From an uncultured bacterium (GTDB taxonomy: Bacteria; Patescibacteriota; Microgenomatia; Levybacterales; UBA12049), in contig CAWGXL010000011.1 of assembly GCA_963826535.1 (NCBI GenBank), forward strand, positions 320,809-384,808: DNA of 64,000 nt, read 5' to 3'. The translations under genes were made by a program, and so were the position numbers. Below are positions 10,203-18,756 of the stretch, one piece after another (positions within the stretch are counted from its first letter, which is position 1; each line of letters opens with the position of its first letter). The notes under the pieces were generated by a model that had not been told where the DNA came from, searched no databases, and worked only from the letters and a program-made list of their open reading frames with translations.

Positions 10203-11351
10203 CTACCCACCATTGTAAATGGTTTGGATTTCGGAGGGTGAGAGCGCACGGTTGTAGATACGGAAGTCGTCGAGTGAACCGACAAGCATGGTGCCGGGGA
10301 AAGCGGGATTGGTTCCTCCGGCGCGAAAAGATGCTGTGCTTGTATTAACGATATTGAAAAGCATAGTTATGTTTTTAACATTACTGCCATCAATGTAGTA
10401 CCTGCCATTCGGATAATCCGCTGTAAACGCGACATGATGCCATTGGTTGTCGGCAAGAGAGATACCTGCTGTAGCGTAAGAGGATGCAGTTGTGCCATTG
10501 CCATGCGAAAAATAGAGGTCTGCATTTGTGGTAAGAGACAAATCATAGTTTCTATTAATGACGCCTGCAACGTGGCCTATGATCTTCATCTCGTTTTTTG
10601 TCGTATTCGTAGTTTTGACCCAGGCGGCAATCGTCAAATCACCGTTTATGTGAAAGGTTGAGGGGCTACCGAAATGAACAAAATCATCCACTCCGTCAAA
10701 GAGCAAGGCCTGACCGATTCTGCCGGTTGTCCAAGCCGGGCCGTTGGTGAGGGTGCCTGTGTTGCCATTTCCGCTTGAGTCGAAGGCTTGGCTCCCCGAA
10801 CCTTCATCAAATTTCCAGTGGCCAACCGGAGTAGGCAGTCTCCAATTTGTGAGGTAGGTAATTAAGACTACCGAAGAGTTACGGGTCGGGCTGGCTTTCC
10901 AAGAGACTGTTGAAGTAATTTTTTTAGAGTTCGGGTCAACTGTTCCTCCGCTTGCGACTATGTTGCCGCTTCCATCTCTTCGCACATCTGCAATTGAAAT
11001 TACCCGTGTATATTTGTTAAATGTATTATTTGCACCGCTTAATGTCCACAGATTTTCAGGGCTGCGGGTAAGTCCGATAGATGCGGTATTGATTAATTTT
11101 TCATATGCCTGGTTTCTAATAGACCGGACTGCCTCAATCCCTTCGGAGGCATATTGATTTGCAATAGTTTCTTCCGATCCGGTCCTATTTGCGTCAAATC
11201 CTTGTAAGATGACAAAGATAACGCCGCTTGAGAAGATAAGAAAAACTGCCGCAGTAAAAATGATTTCTATGACTGAGAAACCTGAGGTCCGGAGTAGCCG
11301 ACCGGATTTTAGCGTAGAGAAGAATTTTGAAATGTGACGATTACTTTTCAT
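10203..11351 (-). CDS. Prepilin-like protein with C-terminal LamG-like lectin domain (cassette gene B)
   Basis: TSGFSVIEIIFTAAVFL prepilin-like N-terminus. C-terminal [34 protein letters not shown]...LDDFRIYNRALSPSEIQTIYNGG is about 75% identical to the C-terminus of gene A. Start set at the internal ATG (MKSNRH). Confidence 0.6.
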   Translation of the reverse strand: MKSNRHISKFFSTLKSGRLLRTSGFSVIEIIFTAAVFLIFSSGVIFVILQGFDANRTGSEETIANQYASEGIEAVRSIRNQAYEKLINTASIGLTRSPENLWTLSGANNTFNKYTRVISIADVRRDGSGNIVASGGTVDPNSKKITSTVSWKASPTRNSSVVLITYLTNWRLPTPVGHWKFDEGSGSQAFDSSGNGNTGTLTNGPAWTTGRIGQALLFDGVDDFVHFGSPSTFHINGDLTIAAWVKTTNTTKNEMKIIGHVAGVINRNYDLSLTTNADLYFSHGNGTTASSYATAGISLADNQWHHVAFTADYPNGRYYIDGSNVKNITMLFNIVNTSTASFRAGGTNPAFPGTMLVGSLDDFRIYNRALSPSEIQTIYNGG

Positions 11352-11364
11352 AATGCAAATTGTC

Positions 11365-12498
11365 CTACGGCGCACCATTGTAGATAGTTATGATTTCGGA
11401 GGGTGAGAGCGCCCGGTTGTAAATGCGAAGGTCGTCGAGTGGACCTACAAGCATAGTGCCGGGGAAGGCAGGATTGCTTCCTCCGGTGCGATAGTGGTAT
11501 TGTGTGATTGTATTAACGATATCGAAAGTCATAGTTATGTTTTTAACATTAGTGCCATCAATGTAGTACTTGCCGTTCGGATAATCCGCCGTAAACGCGA
11601 CATGATGCCATTGGTTGTCGGCAAGGGAGATGCCTGCGGTAGCATACCTGATAGATGATGTTCCATTGCCATGCTGGAAAGTTAGATCTGCATTTAAACC
11701 AAGATGTAATTGATAGTTTCTATTAATGACGCCTGTTGTTTGAGTAATGATAGTCATTTCGTTTTTTGTCGTATTCGTAGTTTTGACCCATGCGGCAATC
11801 GTCAAATCACCGTTTATGTGAAAAGTTGAGGGGCTACCCAAATCAATCTCGTCATCTACCCCATCAAATATTAGGGCTTGGCCGTATTTACCGGTTGTCC
11901 AAGCTGGGCCATTGTGGAGGACGCCAGTATTGCCGCTCGCGCTTGAGTCGAAGGCTTGGTTTCCTGATCCTTCATCCAGTTTCCAATGTCCAACTTTGCC
12001 GGGGAGCGGGGTGGGGGTGGGGGTGGTGGCTGGAGTATTTGCCGGATTGGCTATTCCCTGACTCGCAACTGTTATTGTTTTAATTGTATTGTTGCCTGTA
12101 ATCGTAATCGTCGCAGCCGCACTTGGCGTGCCGGTCATTTTGGCAAAAATTATATCCGTGAAACCGCTAACCGAGATATTGGGATTGAGAGTGAGCTTCT
12201 GGTCAAATGCAATATTGCGAGATGCAAATGAACTTCCTTGAAATAAAATAATACTGCCGGCCTGGTTATGCACTCCCCATTGGCTATTTTGTTTTCCTAT
12301 CATCGCATTGGTTTGCGCTTTGCGGATGTGGTTAATAAGCTGATCATATGTATTTCCTGCTGCATTTTGGGTAAAGAAGTTTGAATAAAAGGGAACCGAA
12401 GTTATGCCAATAACTGTGATAAGAGCGAAAACGATCAGCAGCTCAACGAGCGTAAATCCATTTTGAAATTTTACACCTTTTAATTTGTAATATCCCAT
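11365..12498 (-). CDS. Type IV pilin-like protein with C-terminal LamG-like lectin domain (cassette gene A)
   Basis: Canonical prepilin motif KFQNGFTLVELLIVFALI, then a linker TPATTPTPTP, then a LamG-like domain paralogous to gene B. Confidence 0.65.
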   Translation of the reverse strand: MGYYKLKGVKFQNGFTLVELLIVFALITVIGITSVPFYSNFFTQNAAGNTYDQLINHIRKAQTNAMIGKQNSQWGVHNQAGSIILFQGSSFASRNIAFDQKLTLNPNISVSGFTDIIFAKMTGTPSAAATITITGNNTIKTITVASQGIANPANTPATTPTPTPLPGKVGHWKLDEGSGNQAFDSSASGNTGVLHNGPAWTTGKYGQALIFDGVDDEIDLGSPSTFHINGDLTIAAWVKTTNTTKNEMTIITQTTGVINRNYQLHLGLNADLTFQHGNGTSSIRYATAGISLADNQWHHVAFTADYPNGKYYIDGTNVKNITMTFDIVNTITQYHYRTGGSNPAFPGTMLVGPLDDLRIYNRALSPSEIITIYNGAP

Positions 12499-12559
12499 TT
12501 ACATTATTAAGTGTAGCAAATTTTCCGTTCCTTCTGTAGGGCATTGATGTTTTAATGCT

Positions 12560-13636
12560 TTATTTACTGATAGTACCTGTTAATTCGTAGATTGGCGAAA
12601 TAATCGCTAAGGCGACAAATGCAACAATCCCTCCAATAATAAAAAGCATTATCGGCTCAAGCAGGGTTGAGATATTAGCGGTTGCATCGTCTACTTCATC
12701 CTCAAAGAAGTTGCTCAGGTAAATCAATGTTTCGTCTAGACGCCCTGTTTTTTCTCCTACGGCAATCATTTTGGTTACAATAAGAGGTATCTTTCCATAG
12801 TGCCCCTGTTCAAGTTCTTCGGATAATGATTTTCCTTTTTCAACAGCAGTAAGCATGCGTAACATATATACTTTGAATACTGTATTTGACGTTATTTTTA
12901 CTTCTATTGTAAGTCCTGCGGTAATAGGTAAACCACTTTCGAGCATAATACCTAAATTGCGACAAAATGAAGCTAATTCAGCATTTTGTATTATCTTACC
13001 AAAAACCGGTATATTTAAAAGCATCCTGTCAATATATGGCTTTACCTGGTTTTGTGTGATTAAAAAACGAAGAAAAACCAGTAATCCGATAAAACCTGCA
13101 AGGACCAAGACTCCGAAATTTTGCATAATAGAAGCAAAAGAAAGAAGGATTTGGGTTGAAAGCGGCAGTTTTACGTCAAAGCCCTTAAAAAGCTCTACAA
13201 GTTGTGGTAAAACAAAAACGCTAATGCCTATACCCACCAGCCCGGCTGCAGTCAAGACAATAGCCGGATACATCATTGCTCCTTTGACTTTTTTGCGAAA
13301 GGCATATTCTTTTGCAAGTTGATTGCTTAGATATACAAGACTTTTATCCAGGGTTCCCGAGGTCTCCCCTACTTCTATAATACTGGTATAAAATGAATCA
13401 AAAACTTTCGGATGTTTTGCCAGGGCTGCATTTAAAGATTTTCCGTTTTTAATGTCACTCACCATATCCTGCATAATTTTTTTCAACACCTTTGACTCTG
13501 ATTGCGCAACTAGAATCTGAAGTGCTTCCAGGATGGTAATACTGGTTGCCGCCATCATGCTTAAATGTTTAGTAAAAAGGAGTTTATCAATAAATGAAAC
13601 ACGCGGGAACAAATGTAGTTGGGCAGATGATTTCAT
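12560..13636 (-). CDS. pilC: Type IV pilus assembly platform protein PilC (GspF family)
   Basis: Two T2SSF-type repeats and three TM segments. Lies directly downstream of the PilB ATPase gene. Confidence 0.8.
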   Translation of the reverse strand: MKSSAQLHLFPRVSFIDKLLFTKHLSMMAATSITILEALQILVAQSESKVLKKIMQDMVSDIKNGKSLNAALAKHPKVFDSFYTSIIEVGETSGTLDKSLVYLSNQLAKEYAFRKKVKGAMMYPAIVLTAAGLVGIGISVFVLPQLVELFKGFDVKLPLSTQILLSFASIMQNFGVLVLAGFIGLLVFLRFLITQNQVKPYIDRMLLNIPVFGKIIQNAELASFCRNLGIMLESGLPITAGLTIEVKITSNTVFKVYMLRMLTAVEKGKSLSEELEQGHYGKIPLIVTKMIAVGEKTGRLDETLIYLSNFFEDEVDDATANISTLLEPIMLFIIGGIVAFVALAIISPIYELTGTISK

Positions 13637-13640
13637 GTTT

Positions 13641-15320
13641 TTATTCTTTAGTGACGCGTAATATTTCTTCTATCGTTGTTTCACCTTGTTTTACTTTTTC
13701 CAGTCCATCTTCAAGCATTGCCCTCATACCGTTTTTCTGAGCAATTTTGTGAATAGTTGTGGCATCGCTTTTACTAATAATTGCCTGCTTTATTTCATCA
13801 TCGATTATCATCGCTTCATAAATGCCTACTCTTCCTTCATAAGCACTATTATGACAAATTTCACATCCTTTACCTTTATACAGGCGAATTAAATCGTCCG
13901 TACCCAAGACTTTATCGACCAGAGGCTGCGGTAAGTAACGCAATAGCTTTGTACGCGATACTTCCTCGCTCACCCGGCATACCGCATGAATTTTTCTTAC
14001 CAGCCTTTGCGCTACAACTAAGGTGACTGTGGACGCAATAAGAAACGGTTCAATTCCCATTTCAAAAAGCCTGGGGATTGCTGTTGCGGCATCATTGGTA
14101 TGCAAAGTTGAAAGTACTAAATGACCAGTCATTGCCGAGTTTATAGCTATATCCGCTGTTTCCTTGTCCCGGATCTCTCCGACTAATATGATGTTTGGAT
14201 CCTGCCGGAGGATGGTTCGCAAACCTGTCGCAAATGTCACATTCTCCTTCACGTTTACCTGCATCTGATTTATACCTTCTACGTCATATTCTATCGGATC
14301 TTCAATTGTCATAATATTGACATCACGGTTATTCAAGAGTTTCAAGATTGCATACATTGTTGTTGTTTTTCCCGATCCTGTCGGTCCAGTTGCCAATATT
14401 GCTCCGTAGGGTTTTTTGTATGCGGATTCTACTTTCAATAAATCATCCTGTGAAATGCCAAGCGTTAAGAGAGATATCTGACGGGCCTTATCTGATAACA
14501 GCCTCATGACGATTTTCTCGCCTTTTCTTACCGGAGCTGTTGACACACGAATATCAAGCTTGTTCTGTTCAAACGTAAACTCTATCTTTCCATCCTGGGG
14601 TACCTGATTCTCGTCGGTGCGCAGCCTTGCCAACACTTTTATCCTGCGCACAATTTCCGGATAAATTGTCATTGGCAGGAGAATGACGTCATGCAGTATA
14701 CCATCTATGCGGAATCTGACTATTGCTACGCTTTCCTGCGGCTCCAGGTGTATGTCAGATGCGCTATTGTTATTGGCATAGGTTACAATCGTTTCGACAA
14801 TCTTAATGATGGGCGGCTCACTTACTTGCTGGCCTTTGCCGGTTACCTGCTTAAGGCTCTCTTTCATAATCGTTTCAAACGCTGTGCCGATATCCTGAAT
14901 ATACAGCGTAAGCGTCTGGTCAATGTCCTTATGGGTTGCGAAATACCGGATTAAGGTTAACCCGAGTTTTCTTTGCAGAAAATCAATTATTGTCGTATTG
15001 TTCGGGTTTTCCATGGCCAGATGGAGACCCTGCTGATCTTTTTTAAAGGCAATTATGCGCTGCTGTTTGGCAATGATTTCGGGGATGATCGTCAAAATCT
15101 CCTGAGGGATAACAATATTTGTAAGCGTGACAAGGGGAACGCTTAGAATTTGGGCGATAAGTTTTCCTAAATCGGTATCGGAGATGAGGTTTTTATCGAG
15201 CAGGACATCGCCCAAGAGTATTTTTCGGCTGTCAGCATAGCTTAAAGCATCCTGCAGCTGCCCTTCATCTATAACCTGTAATTCTTTCAACGCGTTGTAG
15301 AGTGCTTGATTATTGTACAT
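13641..15320 (-). CDS. pilB: Type IV pilus assembly ATPase PilB (GspE family)
   Basis: Walker A ATGPTGSGKTTT, Asp box, His box, tetracysteine CEICHNSAYEGRVGIYE, and an N-terminal GSPII-type domain. Confidence 0.9.
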   Translation of the reverse strand: MYNNQALYNALKELQVIDEGQLQDALSYADSRKILLGDVLLDKNLISDTDLGKLIAQILSVPLVTLTNIVIPQEILTIIPEIIAKQQRIIAFKKDQQGLHLAMENPNNTTIIDFLQRKLGLTLIRYFATHKDIDQTLTLYIQDIGTAFETIMKESLKQVTGKGQQVSEPPIIKIVETIVTYANNNSASDIHLEPQESVAIVRFRIDGILHDVILLPMTIYPEIVRRIKVLARLRTDENQVPQDGKIEFTFEQNKLDIRVSTAPVRKGEKIVMRLLSDKARQISLLTLGISQDDLLKVESAYKKPYGAILATGPTGSGKTTTMYAILKLLNNRDVNIMTIEDPIEYDVEGINQMQVNVKENVTFATGLRTILRQDPNIILVGEIRDKETADIAINSAMTGHLVLSTLHTNDAATAIPRLFEMGIEPFLIASTVTLVVAQRLVRKIHAVCRVSEEVSRTKLLRYLPQPLVDKVLGTDDLIRLYKGKGCEICHNSAYEGRVGIYEAMIIDDEIKQAIISKSDATTIHKIAQKNGMRAMLEDGLEKVKQGETTIEEILRVTKE

Positions 15321-15711
15321 TTTCCTCCTTTGCTACAACCGGCGCCGGCTCAAGGAGCGCATTAATTTTACTCAGCACATTATCCAGAGAAGTATCACTT
15401 TTAACTATATAATCTGCCGCACCCAGCTTCATGCTTTTTTCGATATCTTCTTTTTGGCCAAGATTAGATGCCACGATAACAGGAATATTTTTCCATTGCG
15501 GATTTCTCTTCAATTGTGTGAGTGTCGCAAACCCGTCTTTATCCGGCATAATTAAATCAAGCAAAATAAGATCAGGGGTAAAAGTCTCCAAGCGCAATAA
15601 CGCTTCCGATCCATCGAAAGCAAGTTGCACTTCAAAGCCGGCTTTTGTCAGCTTTATTCTATAAGCACTCGATAAAAATTTATCATCTTCTACTACTAAA
15701 ATCTTTTTCAT
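15310..15711 (-). CDS. Single-domain response regulator (CheY-like receiver)
   Basis: VVEDD...DLILLDLIMPDKDGF receiver motifs with no output domain. Its 3' end overlaps the pilB start by 11 nt. Confidence 0.8.
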   Translation of the reverse strand: MKKILVVEDDKFLSSAYRIKLTKAGFEVQLAFDGSEALLRLETFTPDLILLDLIMPDKDGFATLTQLKRNPQWKNIPVIVASNLGQKEDIEKSMKLGAADYIVKSDTSLDNVLSKINALLEPAPVVAKEENVQ

Positions 15712-15784
15712 GCGGTTTTATAGTTATACATAAAAACGGACCACTCATTCAAATGATATGTACCCATCTTAACTTCCCTCACCT

Positions 15785-17290
15785 TTACCTGTCAACAGTA
15801 GCTTGCCGTATATCTTCCAATAGCGGCAGACTAAACCAAAATGTGGTTCCTTTTTTTTCAACGCTTTCAAACCAGACTTTTCCTTTTAACGACTCGATAA
15901 TTATTTTAACCAGATACAAACCGAGTCCTGAACCATCAGTTTCTACTTTTACAACATTATCCGCTCTAAAAAATTTCCGGAATATTTTATCCTGTTGATC
16001 TTTCGGGATACCATATCCGTTGTCGGTGATTTGAGAAATGATTTCATTAAATTTTTTTGAAATGGATAGAGATATTTCTCCACCTGAGGGAGTATACTTA
16101 CTGGCATTTGTCAAAAGATTTAAATAAACCTGCCGGACCAGTTGGGGGTCAATAATAATTTTCGGCAAATCCTGTTCAATGCTGATCGTGAGTTTTTGCT
16201 TTTTTTCATTACACTTTATTTCCATTTCTTTTACAGTAGTTTCAACCAATTCTTTTAAGTCCGTAGATATAGGAGTAATCACAATTTTACCTGATTCAAT
16301 ACGAGAAATATTCAAGAGCGCATTAACCAGTTCAATCATGCGTTGGGTTGAATCACTTATGCTGTGGCCCAACTCCTTTTGTTCAGTATTTAGGTCGCCT
16401 ACGTTTCCACCTAAGAGAATTTCTATAAACCATTTAATTGCAGCAAGGGGAGTCCGGAGTTGATGAGAAGCAAGGGAGATAAATTCTGTTTTCATACGGT
16501 CAACCTCCTGTTCTTTGGTGATATCGCGGATAATTGTAATTGAGCCAATGGTTGCGGTTTTATGATTCAGGTGGTCATGCAGAATCACGGGGGTTGAGGT
16601 CATATTGATTAATACTTTTTCGTCGTTTTTCTTTACAAGAATAAATTTTCCCATGATCTTCTCGCCTTTTTGCAATGCAACAGATACCGGGCTATTCTCT
16701 TTGGAAATATGATTGGCTTCTTCATCATATACTGCTATCAAATCCATCAAATCTTTTTCTTTATAGGCAACCGGGTCAATATTCATTAGTTTTTGCGCGT
16801 TTGAATTCATTAGCAAGACATAACCTGTATTGTCCGTTGCGACAAGGGCTTCGCCTATGCTTTCAAAAATAGCATCATCTTTTGCCCGCTGCGCTTCAAG
16901 CTCCTCTACTTTCTGGGCAAGTTCTAAAGTTTTTGCTTTAACTGCGTCTTCTAACCCCAGTTGGGCAATTTGCAATTTATCGGCCATGGCGTTAAAAGCT
17001 TGGGCAAGTTGACCAATCTCATCCTTTGAATTACTTTGTATTCTTTTACTTAAATTTCCATCTGCAATTTGCATGGCTGTTTTTGTAAGCTCCTGTACCG
17101 GTTTAATTATTTGTAGGATAAAAAGCAACAGAATGCCGTCAATAAAGATTGTGAAGGGTATAACTACTATAACTAACTCAGGGTTATTCACTGTAACGCG
17201 GGAGAAAATCAGTCCGAAAATAATGACTCCAAGGATCATCCCAGCCAAGCCAAATGACATGACAAGAAGAAATTTATAGGTCAGCTGCAT
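15785..17290 (-). CDS. Sensor histidine kinase (2 TM, HAMP, PAS-like, HisKA, HATPase_c)
   Basis: H-box SHQLRTPL, N-box LLTNASKYT, G-boxes DNGYGIP and GSGLGLYLV. Start chosen at ATG 17288-17290; the track ORF begins at an upstream GTG (17314). Confidence 0.8.
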   Translation of the reverse strand: MQLTYKFLLVMSFGLAGMILGVIIFGLIFSRVTVNNPELVIVVIPFTIFIDGILLLFILQIIKPVQELTKTAMQIADGNLSKRIQSNSKDEIGQLAQAFNAMADKLQIAQLGLEDAVKAKTLELAQKVEELEAQRAKDDAIFESIGEALVATDNTGYVLLMNSNAQKLMNIDPVAYKEKDLMDLIAVYDEEANHISKENSPVSVALQKGEKIMGKFILVKKNDEKVLINMTSTPVILHDHLNHKTATIGSITIIRDITKEQEVDRMKTEFISLASHQLRTPLAAIKWFIEILLGGNVGDLNTEQKELGHSISDSTQRMIELVNALLNISRIESGKIVITPISTDLKELVETTVKEMEIKCNEKKQKLTISIEQDLPKIIIDPQLVRQVYLNLLTNASKYTPSGGEISLSISKKFNEIISQITDNGYGIPKDQQDKIFRKFFRADNVVKVETDGSGLGLYLVKIIIESLKGKVWFESVEKKGTTFWFSLPLLEDIRQATVDR

Positions 17291-17296
17291 AATACC

Positions 17297-17312
17297 ATTG
17301 TAGCAAATATTC
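17297..17312 (-). promoter_or_regulatory. Putative extended -10 promoter element (TGcTACAAT) upstream of the histidine kinase gene
   Basis: The 16-mer attgtagcaaatattc (minus strand GAATATTTGCTACAAT) also occurs at 17969-17984 upstream of pilin 1. Confidence 0.35.
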
Positions 17313-17373
17313 ACGTCAAAAAAATAAAATTAATATAAATTCTAGGGAAGGGAGAACTGGATATAATTTTTAT

Positions 17374-17943
17374 TTATCTGGCTTGGGTTATGGGTACTGT
17401 TCCTTCTCCGCCGCAGGCGCTTACCTGGACTATATTATTCGCATCTACTGATATTGCATAACCTGTTTTTGTTGCATCAAGAGTTATTGGCGTTACACCG
17501 CCTGTTGTTCCTTTTGGATCAATCGGTATGGTTTTCAAATATGGGGTGAGGGGGGCTGTCAAGTTTACGCATGCCGTTGCAGCAATTTGACAAGTTGGCG
17601 TGGCTGTAGTCCAAGCTGCAGGGACATTAGCTGCAACGAGATTGCATCCAGCACCTGCCGTGCCAAGTTGTGTTATTGCCATGCCTGTTGTAAGCCCCGC
17701 GGGGAGAGCACCTTTATTGTCGACAACAAATATGTGAATTGCAGTTAAAATTGTCTCGATATCTGATGTCCTCCTTGCCTCGCGCGCATCCCGTGTTCTC
17801 TTTACAGGATTTAAGGCGACAAATACGGTAACTGCGAGGGCGGAAATAATGACAATAACAATTAACAATTCAATAAGCGTAAAGCCTGATTGGGAAAGAA
17901 TGTAACTTTTTTTATTTTTTAACCGGGCAGTAAATTTAAACAT
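17374..17943 (-). CDS. Type IV major pilin (prepilin-type N-terminal methylation motif), paralog 1
   Basis: SQSGFTLIELLIVIVIISALAVTVFVALNP is a class III signal plus alpha1 helix. About 190 aa, with a C-terminal Cys pair. Start at the MFKF ATG; the further-upstream ATG lies beyond the putative -10. Confidence 0.8.
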   Translation of the reverse strand: MFKFTARLKNKKSYILSQSGFTLIELLIVIVIISALAVTVFVALNPVKRTRDAREARRTSDIETILTAIHIFVVDNKGALPAGLTTGMAITQLGTAGAGCNLVAANVPAAWTTATPTCQIAATACVNLTAPLTPYLKTIPIDPKGTTGGVTPITLDATKTGYAISVDANNIVQVSACGGEGTVPITQAR

Positions 17944-17968
17944 ATAAAAAAGTACACTTAATAAATCT

Positions 17969-17984
17969 ATTGTAGCAAATATTC
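17969..17984 (-). promoter_or_regulatory. Putative extended -10 promoter element upstream of pilin paralog 1 (same 16-mer as 17297-17312)
   Basis: Exact 16-nt repeat containing TACAAT on the minus strand. Confidence 0.35.
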
Positions 17985-18084
17985 TCATAAAAAATACAAT
18001 AGGTTATTTCACACAATTCGTAGTAAGAAAACATTGGATTATATAAAGGGAATTATGTAAAGAGATACAGGCTAAAATTTATAA

Positions 18085-18663
18085 TTATCTAGATTGATTT
18101 ATCGGGGTTGTTCCTTCTCCGCCGCAGGCAGTCACCTGGACTATATTATTCGCATCTACTGATACTGCGAACCCAGTTTTTGTTGCATCAAGAGTTATTG
18201 GCGTTACACCGCTTGTTGCTCCTTTTGGATCAATTGGTATGGTTTTCAAATACGTAACAAGCGGGGCTGTCAAGTTTACGCATGCCGTTGCAGCAATTTG
18301 ACAAGTTGGCGTGGCTGTAGTCCAAGCTGCAGGGACATTAGCTGCAACGAGATTGCATCCAGCACCTGCCGTGCCAAGTTGTGTTATTGCCATGCCTGTT
18401 GTAAGTCCAGTTGGTAGAGCACCTTTATTGTCAACAATATATTGGTGGATTGCAGTCAAAATAGTCTCCACATCTGAGGTTCTCCTGGCTTCACGAGCAT
18501 CCAGAGTTCGTTTTATCGGATTTAAGGCGACAAATACGGTAACTGCGAGGGCGGAAATAATGACAATAACAATTAACAATTCAATAAGCGTAAAACCTGA
18601 TTGTAAAAGTGCAGAGTTTTTTTTATTTCTTGTTCGGGCAATAAATTTATTAATATTTATCAT
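18085..18663 (-). CDS. Type IV major pilin, paralog 2 (tandem duplicate of 17374-17943)
   Basis: LQSGFTLIELLIVIVIISALAVTVFVALNP. Mature region about 90% identical to paralog 1. Confidence 0.8.
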   Translation of the reverse strand: MININKFIARTRNKKNSALLQSGFTLIELLIVIVIISALAVTVFVALNPIKRTLDAREARRTSDVETILTAIHQYIVDNKGALPTGLTTGMAITQLGTAGAGCNLVAANVPAAWTTATPTCQIAATACVNLTAPLVTYLKTIPIDPKGATSGVTPITLDATKTGFAVSVDANNIVQVTACGGEGTTPINQSR

Positions 18664-18686
18664 GGGTAAAAAAGAGCTCTAATTTA

Positions 18687-18716
18687 TTTATAATGCAATT
18701 GCATTTCTTTTGTCAA
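18687..18716 (-). promoter_or_regulatory. Sigma-70-like promoter (TTGACA, about 17 nt spacer, TATAAA) with a perfect 14-nt palindrome AATGCAATTGCATT in the spacer, upstream of pilin paralog 2
   Basis: Read on the minus strand: ttgacaaaagaaatgcaattgcattataaa, ending about 20 nt before the ATG. Confidence 0.4.
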
Positions 18717-18756
18717 TAAGCAGAAACGTCTGAAGAACGAACGCCGTGGTAAATAA

